From positions 14,471-46,470 of the forward strand of contig NZ_JBHYIQ010000063.1 in NCBI RefSeq assembly GCF_042739895.1: 32,000 bases of DNA. Reading direction: 5' to 3'. Of this stretch, positions 26,132-32,000 are shown piece after piece (within the stretch, counting starts at the first letter, position 1; every line of letters begins with the position of its first letter). The position numbers were made by a program, and so were the translations under genes. The notes under the pieces are model-generated. The model was not told the origin of the DNA. It was given only the letters and a program-made list of their open reading frames with translations, and did not search any database. The DNA comes from Amycolatopsis sp. NPDC059021. Its GTDB lineage: Bacteria > Actinomycetota > Actinomycetes > Mycobacteriales > Pseudonocardiaceae.

Positions 26132-27262
26132 GGCCGGCCTGACAGGGAGACAGTTGTTACGCTGCGCGACACGATCAAGGAGTGTGTCGACCGGCTTGAC
26201 CGCTATGGCCGACAGGGACAGCGGATCGGCGAGCAGAACACCAAGGCCGGTCTGATCGAACCCGTGATCGCTACGCTGGGCTGGGACATCGTCAACCCTG
26301 ACGAGGTGCACCGTGAGTACGTCGCCGTAGCACGGACAACCCGGTCGACTACGCCCTGCTGATCATGCGGACGCCACGGCTGTTCATCGAGGCAAAAGGC
26401 CTGGGCGAGAACCTGGACGACCCGAGGTGGGCCAACCAGACAATCAGCTACGCCGCCGTCGCCGGCGTCGAGTGGGTCGACTGACCGATGGGGCGGAGTG
26501 GCGCATCTACAACGCCCACGCTCCCGTGCCCGTCGAGCAGAAGCTGTTCCGTTCCGTCCGGCTCGCCGAGGACCTCAACCAGGCAGCCGAGGTCCTCGCG
26601 CTGCTTGGCCGCGATGATCTACGCGATAACCGCATCCGGGAACAGTGGGAGAGCTACTTCATCGATCGCCAAGTCCACCGTGCACTCGTCGCCTTGTTCA
26701 CTGGCCAGGAGCCTCCTCGTGAGCTGGTGAACCTGGTCGCCAAGCAGGCGTCAAATCTAACCCGCGCCAACGTCAAGGCCAGCCTCATGCGCACCCTGGC
26801 CAGCTTCGATTTCCCCCTCACCACCCCGCTCCTGCCCACCCACCCCTCAATCACGGCGCCACCATCCGCCATCCCAGCAGTCCCAAACCGATCGATGACC
26901 ACCACCTCACGCCCCGCAAATAGGGTTGCGGTCAGCGACGCCGAACGCTCCATCACCCTCCGTGACCTCATGCTGCGGGCATGCTTACACCTGGGCAACC
27001 TTTGATCGCAGAAGGGCGACAACAACGCCGACAAGCAGACCTGCTTCCCGATGGGACGCTCCGTGTCAACGGCCAGACCTACACCTCACCCAGCGCCGCC
27101 GGTGAAGCCGTCAAGATCGACATCGCCGACCCTGACCTCAAGGATACAACCCGAGCCACGGACGGCTGGGACTTCTGGAAGGCGCTCGATCCGGCAACTG
27201 GCCATCCACCAGTGCGCCTCAAGGAACTACGCCGACGTCACGCCCAACGTGCCGCCAAATAG
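26132..27262 (+). pseudogene. restriction-endonuclease-like N-terminal domain + C-terminal RAMA-like domain gene, with at least 3 frameshifts and no start codon
   Basis: Four frame segments read through as follows: LRDTIKECVDRL..NTKAGLIEPVIATLGWDIV..HREY | NPVDYALLIMRTPRLFIEAKGLGENLDD..ISYAAVAGVEWV | LTDGAEWRIYNAHAPVPVEQKLF.. | MLTPGQPLIAEGR..LLPDGTLRVNGQTYTSPSAAGEAV..TDGWDFWKA. The shifts are near 26335, 26480 and 26980. Confidence 0.6.
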
Positions 27263-27757
27263 GTCATCCCGCTTGACGACCCAATGGCCGCATCGGACGC
27301 CTGCCTCAACTCCGTCATCCCGATGAATGACACTTCGGCTGGCCGAGCAGTGCACTCGATGCTGTGCTGAAGCGGACAGCCAGACACGAGGTCAGCACCG
27401 TCATCACCGGTGCTGGTACTCAGGCGCCGTGACCGCCCACCCGGAGAAACGATGTCCGCCAGCCCGGAGGCCCAAAGCCGCACCCCGGAGATCACGACGA
27501 CCATTGACAAGGGTCTACAACCTTGTCCGAGCAATCCTCGCGGTGGCATGCCAACAGGGCATCGATCCGCACCCCCGACAAGGACAAACAAGGCTAGACA
27601 CCCTAAGTGAATAGAACCATAAAACAACCCATGACCAGCGAGTTTACAGAAGCATCGACGTAGCACCAGACTATGAACACAACTGCGCTGATCAAGTGCA
27701 TGTAGAGGACTCAGGGTGGCCCTAGAGGAGCTTACTCGAACACCAGGCCACAGACTG

Positions 27758-27845
27758 GGGGTCCGGGGCGGAGCCCGCCGGGCGGCATTTGGGGTTGCAC
27801 CCCAAATAAAACAACAGAGCGAGCCGGTTGGCGCTTCTCGCCAAC
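27758..27845. repeat. bipartite repeat, copy B, plus two hairpins, 20 nt from the tRNA 3' end
   Basis: GGGGTCCGGGGC (27758-27769), a 20-nt spacer, TGGGGTTGCACC (27790-27801), then AAAACA (27808-27813). There is a perfect 9-bp hairpin ATTTGGGGT-tgc-ACCCCAAAT (27787-27807) and a 7-bp hairpin GTTGGCG-cttct-CGCCAAC (27827-27845). Confidence 0.45.
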
Positions 27846-27865
27846 ACAACTCGCCCTATGTTACG

Positions 27866-27938
27866 TGGAGCTGAGGGGAATCGAACCCCTGACCTTCTCG
27901 ATGCGAACGAGACGCGCTACCAACTGCGCTACAGCCCC
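27866..27938 (-). tRNA. tRNA-Ala (anticodon CGC)
   Basis: The 73-nt minus-strand sequence GGGGCTGTAGCGCAGTTGGTAGCGCGTCTCGTTCGCATCGAGAAGGTCAGGGGTTCGATTCCCCTCAGCTCCA folds as a cloverleaf. The anticodon loop is TTCGCAT. The G3:U70 Ala identity pair and the TTCGATT T-loop are present. CCA is not encoded. Confidence 0.95.
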
Positions 27939-27994
27939 TTGTTTTGAAGCTCCATGAGCCTATCAGTGGCTCATGGAGCCCCTTGCACCGGGGG

Positions 27995-28807
27995 TCACTC
28001 TCCGGCGGCCCGGCGGAAGGTCCTGGTCCCCGGGTCGTCGAGGTCCACGAAGGCGGGGTCCTCGTCGTCGAGGTCCACGACGACGGCCTGCCTGCGGGCG
28101 CGGAGCATCGGCGACGGCTTGCGTTCGACGACCGGGCGCCGGACGGGGGCAACGACCTCGACGTCCTCCGCATCGTCTACTACAGGCTCCTCGTCGGCCT
28201 CGGGGGCCATCGGGCGCCGAGGCGCGCGGGTGCTGTTGAAGCGCGCCATGCGGCGCTGCCGGATCTCGTTCTCGATGCGGACCTGGCGGCGGAGGTAGCC
28301 CAGGTAGCCGACGAGGACGACGTCGGCGGCGGCGTGGGCCCACCAGACGAGCGGGATGAGGAAGCCGGCGACGGCGGCGGTGGCCACGGCGACGATGAGC
28401 AGGATGACGACGACGCGCTGCCGGAAGGCGTACTTGGCGCGGGCGGCGATCTCCGCGGCTTCGGGGTCGAAGCCGCCCCGGCCGGGCCGGTAGCCGTGCC
28501 GTTCGGACTCGGCGCGCTGTGCGCGTGACGGTTGCGGCAGGGGGTCGGGTTCGGGCTCCTCGTCCTCGAGGTCCGCGTCGAGTTCGGCTTCGAGCTCGGC
28601 GAGGTCGTCCTCGACCGTCGGCTTCGCGCTGTCGGACATGGCGAACTCCTCCTGTCCTTCGTTGCGTGCGCTCCCGCTCCGCACCACTCGCGCGGCGAGC
28701 GCGGAGTCGGCCGTCCGCGCGACCTGCTGGCGCTTGCGGGCGACCATGGGCACGAGTACGACGAGCCATGCCGCGGCGAGCGCGACGATGATCACGGAGC
28801 TGGGCAT
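27995..28807 (-). CDS. conserved actinobacterial membrane protein (GlpR-like, Rv0996-type position)
   Basis: 270 aa with an N-terminal TM helix, an acidic linker, a second TM pair and an Arg-rich tail. It sits next to rimJ-moeA-galU, as in mycobacteria and corynebacteria. Confidence 0.65.
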   Translation of the reverse strand: MPSSVIIVALAAAWLVVLVPMVARKRQQVARTADSALAARVVRSGSARNEGQEEFAMSDSAKPTVEDDLAELEAELDADLEDEEPEPDPLPQPSRAQRAESERHGYRPGRGGFDPEAAEIAARAKYAFRQRVVVILLIVAVATAAVAGFLIPLVWWAHAAADVVLVGYLGYLRRQVRIENEIRQRRMARFNSTRAPRRPMAPEADEEPVVDDAEDVEVVAPVRRPVVERKPSPMLRARRQAVVVDLDDEDPAFVDLDDPGTRTFRRAAGE

Positions 28808-28972
28808 CTCCCGTCACCTCCCCCGATATTTCCTGTCCTGAAGTCACGCTAGCCACAGGAGTAACAGAACGGGCGGAGGCTCGCCGGGTTCGATCACGGA
28901 AATGCATCACCGGATTAGGTGAAACTCACGGAATGTGGTAACGCCGTTGCGGAGCCGGACGAGTAATCACGA

Positions 28973-29644
28973 TCAGGCCTGCTCGGCACGTCCCGAGGCG
29001 ATGAGCCGGGGCACCAGGCCGTTGCCGGTTTCCTCCTGGGTGATGGCGTAGCAGTAGTGGTCCCGCCAGCCGCCGGCGACATCGAGATAACGCTCGAAAA
29101 GGCCTTCCCGCCGGTACCCCGCCTTGGTCAGAACGCGCAGGCTGGGCCCGTTCTCCGGGCGCACGGTGGCCTCCAGCCGATGCAGTCCGGCCAGCCCGAA
29201 AGAGTGATCCGTCACGAGCGCCACGGCGGCGGTCGCGACACCCCCGCCGACGAAGTCCGAAGCCACCCAGTACCCGATCCACGCGGACCGCAGCGACGCG
29301 CGGATGACGTTACCCACAGTGATCTGCCCGGCGAACCGGCCGTCGACGGTCACCGTGAACGGCAGGCACTGCCCGCGCCGCGCCAGCGATCGCAACGCGG
29401 CCCACTGCGACGGCCACGACCAGAAGGCGTTGCGATCGGGCCATGGCCCGATGCCGGTGGGCTCCCACTGCTCCAGGTGCTCGCGGTCGCGCTGGCGGAT
29501 CCGGCTCCACTCGCCCGCGTCCCGCAGCCGGATCGGCCGCACCGCGACGACACCCGCCTTGACACGCAACGGCCCGAGCCGGGCGGGCCAGCCGGGATGC
29601 CTGCTTTCCACCGGGTAGGACACGCCGGACACGGGCGAGGTCAT
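28973..29644 (-). CDS. rimJ: GNAT N-acetyltransferase, RimJ/RimL family
   Basis: 223 aa. It shows the RimJ-type pattern (RPIRLRDAGEW...GQITVGNV...WIGYWV...GGGVATAAVALV...LHRLEATVRPENGPSLRVLTKAGYRREG). Confidence 0.8.
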   Translation of the reverse strand: MTSPVSGVSYPVESRHPGWPARLGPLRVKAGVVAVRPIRLRDAGEWSRIRQRDREHLEQWEPTGIGPWPDRNAFWSWPSQWAALRSLARRGQCLPFTVTVDGRFAGQITVGNVIRASLRSAWIGYWVASDFVGGGVATAAVALVTDHSFGLAGLHRLEATVRPENGPSLRVLTKAGYRREGLFERYLDVAGGWRDHYCYAITQEETGNGLVPRLIASGRAEQA

Positions 29645-29652
29645 CCGCCGTG

Positions 29653-30954
29653 CTACCCCCGCTGGGCCAGGAAGGTGACCTTGACCTGTTCGCCCGCCGG
29701 TACCTCGGTGAGATCCTCATCCACGTTGATCAGGCAGTTCGCCTCCGCGAGCGAGGCGAGCAGATGCGCGCCGGACGTGCCGAGCGGCTGCACCAGGTAC
29801 TCGCCGTTGGCCTCGTCCCGCAGCAGCTGGCCACGCAGGAAACCCCGCCTGCCCTTCGTGGACGTGACGGGCGAGAGCAGCCGTGCCCCGACGACCCGGC
29901 GATGCGGGTTGCGGGTGCCGCGTGCCGCACGGATCAGCGGCCGCACCAGCACCTCGAACACCACGAGCGCGCTCATCGGGTTGCCGGGGATGAGGAACGT
30001 CGGGACCGAATCCGGCCCGAGCCGTCCGAAGCCCTGCACCGAGCCCGGGTGCATCGCCACTCGCGTCGTGTCGATCCGTCCGAGGTCCGACAGCGCGGCA
30101 TGCACCTCATCGCCGATCGTGCCGCCGGCGCCCCCGGCGACGACGACGATCTCGGACATCAGGAGCCTGCCCTCGACGACCTCGCGCAGCCGCTTCGGAT
30201 CGCTGGACACGATCCCGACGCGGCTGACCTCGGCCCCGGCGTCCCGCGCGGCCGCGGCGAGCGCGTAGGAGTTGACGTCGTAGACCTGCCCGACCGACGG
30301 GGTGCGGTCGATGTCGACCAGCTCGTCGCCGACGGACACGATCGACACGCGGGGCCGCGGGTAGACCAGCACCTTCGCCCTGCCGACCGCGGCGAGCAGG
30401 CCGACCTGGGCCGAGCCGATCGTGTCGCCGTTGCGCACCGCGACGTCGCCGATCTGGACGTCTTCGCCGGCACGCCGCACGTACCCCGCAGAGGGCACCG
30501 GGCGGTGCACGGTGACCTTCGCCTGGTGACCGTCGGTGTAGGCGGTGGGCACGACGGCGTCGGCCAGCGTCGGCAGCGGCGCGCCCGTGTCGACCCGCAC
30601 TGCCTGCCCCGGCTGGAGGCGGCGCGGCTGCCGGGATCCGGCGGCGATCTCGCCGACGACGGGCAGCTGGACCGGTTCCTGACCCGCGGCGCTGACGTCG
30701 ACGCTGCGGACCGCGTAGCCGTCGACGGCGGCCTGGTCGAATCCGGGCAGGGCGTGCTCGGCGATCACTTCCTCCGCGCACAGCAGGCCCTGTGCCTCGG
30801 AGATCGCCACTCGCACCGGCCGCGGGCGCACGGCGGCGTCGAGGGTCAGTGCGATCTGCGCGTCGACGGAGCGGAATTCGCCGGGCTCGGCCGGGATCTC
30901 CGTCACGTCGGCCATGCCGGCTTCTTCGGTCGGTGCGTCGAGGGAGTCGGTCAT
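29653..30954 (-). CDS. moeA: MoeA/gephyrin-like molybdopterin molybdotransferase (Glp-type)
   Basis: 433 aa from ATG 30954, which overlaps the galU stop as ATGA. MoeA domains are present (GYAVR.., GEDV, TGDEL-like VGDELV, GGAGG, PGNPMSA). The listed 570-aa extension is Arg-rich and overlaps galU. Confidence 0.9.
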   Translation of the reverse strand: MTDSLDAPTEEAGMADVTEIPAEPGEFRSVDAQIALTLDAAVRPRPVRVAISEAQGLLCAEEVIAEHALPGFDQAAVDGYAVRSVDVSAAGQEPVQLPVVGEIAAGSRQPRRLQPGQAVRVDTGAPLPTLADAVVPTAYTDGHQAKVTVHRPVPSAGYVRRAGEDVQIGDVAVRNGDTIGSAQVGLLAAVGRAKVLVYPRPRVSIVSVGDELVDIDRTPSVGQVYDVNSYALAAAARDAGAEVSRVGIVSSDPKRLREVVEGRLLMSEIVVVAGGAGGTIGDEVHAALSDLGRIDTTRVAMHPGSVQGFGRLGPDSVPTFLIPGNPMSALVVFEVLVRPLIRAARGTRNPHRRVVGARLLSPVTSTKGRRGFLRGQLLRDEANGEYLVQPLGTSGAHLLASLAEANCLINVDEDLTEVPAGEQVKVTFLAQRG

Positions 30955-31856
30955 GCGCGATCTTCCCCGATCCGTTCGCTCAGCCACGCCCGTAACGATG
31001 GCCCGTACTCGGGGGTTTCGAGCGCGAAATCGACGGCGGCACGCAGAAAACCACCCGGATTCCCCAGATCGTGCCTGCCGCCGCGGTGGACGACGATGTG
31101 CACCGGGTGTCCCTCGGCGATGAGCAGCGCGACCGCGTCGGTCAGCTGCAGCTCGCCACCGGACCCCGGGGTGATCCGCTTGAGCGCGTCGAAGATCGCC
31201 CGGTCCAGCAGGTAGCGGCCGGCCGCGGCGAACGTCGAGGGCGCGTCTTCGGGCTTCGGCTTCTCGACCATGCCGTGCACCCGTTTGACGTCGGGGTTGT
31301 CGGTGTCGGTGACGTCGAAGACGCCGTACGGGGAGATCTGTTCCTTGGGGATGTCGAACGCGCACAGCACGCTGCCGCCGTGTTCGGCGCGGACCGCGGA
31401 CATCCGGTCGAGGACGCCGGTGGGCAGGACGAGGTCGTCGGGCAGCAGGACGGCGACCGCCTCGTCCGCCGGGGTCAGGTTCGGCTCGGCCTGCGCGACG
31501 GCGTGCCCCAGCCCGAGCGCCTGCTCCTGGATCGCCACCTCGACGTCGAGCAGTCCTGGCCCGCGCCGGACCTTCTCCAGCAGTTCGGTCTTGCCCTTGG
31601 CCTCGAGCGTCTTCTCCAGCTCCGGCTGGTCCTCGAAGTACTTGACGACCGATTCCTTGCCGGGCGAGGTCACGATCACCAGGCGCTTCGCGCCCGCGGC
31701 GGCGGCTTCGCTCGCGACCAGCTCGATGCCCGGCGTGTCAACCACCGGGAGCAGTTCTTTCGGCACTGCTTTCGTGGTCGGCAGGAAGCGTGTGCCGAGG
31801 CCCGCGGCAGGCACGATGGCGGTTTGGAACGTCTGCGAGGTCGTAGCGCCCGTCAT
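30951..31856 (-). CDS. galU: UTP-glucose-1-phosphate uridylyltransferase
   Basis: 301 aa from ATG 31856. It has the N-terminal nucleotide-binding signature AIVPAAGLGTRFLPTTKAVPKELLPVVD, plus VEKP and GELQLTDA motifs. Confidence 0.92.
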   Translation of the reverse strand: MTGATTSQTFQTAIVPAAGLGTRFLPTTKAVPKELLPVVDTPGIELVASEAAAAGAKRLVIVTSPGKESVVKYFEDQPELEKTLEAKGKTELLEKVRRGPGLLDVEVAIQEQALGLGHAVAQAEPNLTPADEAVAVLLPDDLVLPTGVLDRMSAVRAEHGGSVLCAFDIPKEQISPYGVFDVTDTDNPDVKRVHGMVEKPKPEDAPSTFAAAGRYLLDRAIFDALKRITPGSGGELQLTDAVALLIAEGHPVHIVVHRGGRHDLGNPGGFLRAAVDFALETPEYGPSLRAWLSERIGEDRA

Positions 31857-31880
31857 GGGCGCAAAGCCTAACCTGGTCCC

Positions 31881-32000
31881 ATGCAGGGGCTGGGCAATGA
31901 GCACCCGAGCAAGGCGGAGTGGCGTACCCGGCTCACCCGGGCGCGGGGTGCCGTCTCGCCCGAACAGCACGCCGCGGATGCCGCCGCGCTCGCCGAAACG
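31881..32000 (+). CDS. possible 5-formyltetrahydrofolate cyclo-ligase, 3'-truncated by the window edge
   Basis: ATG 31881 opens MQGLGNEHPSKAEWRTRLTRARGAVSPEQHAADAAALAE, which resembles the K..LR..L...R N-terminus of that family. Its position divergent from galU matches mycobacterial synteny. Only 40 codons are visible. Confidence 0.35.
   Translation, partial: MQGLGNEHPSKAEWRTRLTRARGAVSPEQHAADAAALAET

Larger units (their letters stand above)
8600..27865. mobile_element. genomic (defence) island abutting the 3' end of tRNA-Ala; probably immobilised
   Basis: GC drops from over 70% in the flanks to about 48-65% in lines counted by hand, and third-codon-position GC is less extreme. The right edge is the tRNA 3' end at 27866. 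The left edge is only approximate (an AT-richer stretch at 8580-8610). The cargo is defence genes plus decayed recombinase genes. Confidence 0.55.

Noticed and set aside
27470-27614. A possible tyrosine-integrase N-terminal (SAM-like) remnant on the plus strand: ..PLTRVYNLVRAILAVACQQGIDPHP..
   Set aside because: Only about 25 residues vaguely resemble the core-binding-domain helix of integrases. No catalytic R..HxxR..Y region is present, so the evidence is too weak to annotate. It is worth a BLASTX.
27238-27849. A 203-aa minus-strand ORF filling the gap between the RAMA pseudogene and the tRNA.
   Set aside because: It has no recognisable motifs and an odd Cys/Gly/Arg-rich composition. It starts inside the hairpin/repeat element and runs antisense over decayed sequence, so it is probably spurious.
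29653-31970. Listed N-terminal extensions of moeA (to 31365) and galU (to 31970), and of the rhodanese gene (to 6713).
   Set aside because: The extensions are Arg-rich, overlap the upstream gene and precede well-conserved family N-termini. Internal ATGs with ATGA coupling (30954) or conserved starts (31856, 6608) are preferred.
1-32000. CRISPR arrays, rRNA genes, IS elements with terminal inverted repeats, and long tandem repeats.
   Set aside because: None was detected on reading the window. The only RNA gene found is tRNA-Ala.

Overview
This is a high-GC (over 70% by eye) actinobacterial chromosomal window. The left flank (1-8.2 kb) holds a GNAT fragment, a cytochrome P450, an ArsR-type regulator with a small membrane protein, an MMPL transporter, an amidase, a rhodanese, a GlxA/AraC regulator and a snapalysin-type metalloprotease. 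The right flank (27.9-32 kb) holds tRNA-Ala(CGC), then the conserved actinobacterial block of GlpR-like membrane protein, rimJ, moeA/glp and galU, then the start of a 5-formyl-THF cyclo-ligase-like gene. Between the flanks lies a roughly 19 kb lower-GC island (about 48-65% by eye) that abuts the 3' end of the tRNA. The island carries four things. (i) A complete, tightly coupled canonical type 1 BREX operon, brxA-brxB-brxC-pglX-pglZ-brxL, on the minus strand (12407-25311), preceded by a frameshifted excisionase-type HTH gene. (ii) An intact, translationally coupled three-gene plus-strand operon (8637-11773). It encodes a ParA/Soj-like ATPase, a protein with two Rho_N/SAP-like repeats, and a RAMA-like + CBS-pair + HEPN (RNKVMH) protein. 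This is my best candidate for an undescribed defence or abortive-infection module. (iii) Decayed mobility and restriction genes: a serine-recombinase stub, a multiply frameshifted endonuclease-like + RAMA pseudogene, and a start-less double-HTH remnant. (iv) A bipartite structured repeat at 11.8 kb and 27.8 kb that brackets the BREX module. I saw no CRISPR array, rRNA or intact transposase. All homology statements come from reading motifs by eye; no searches were run.
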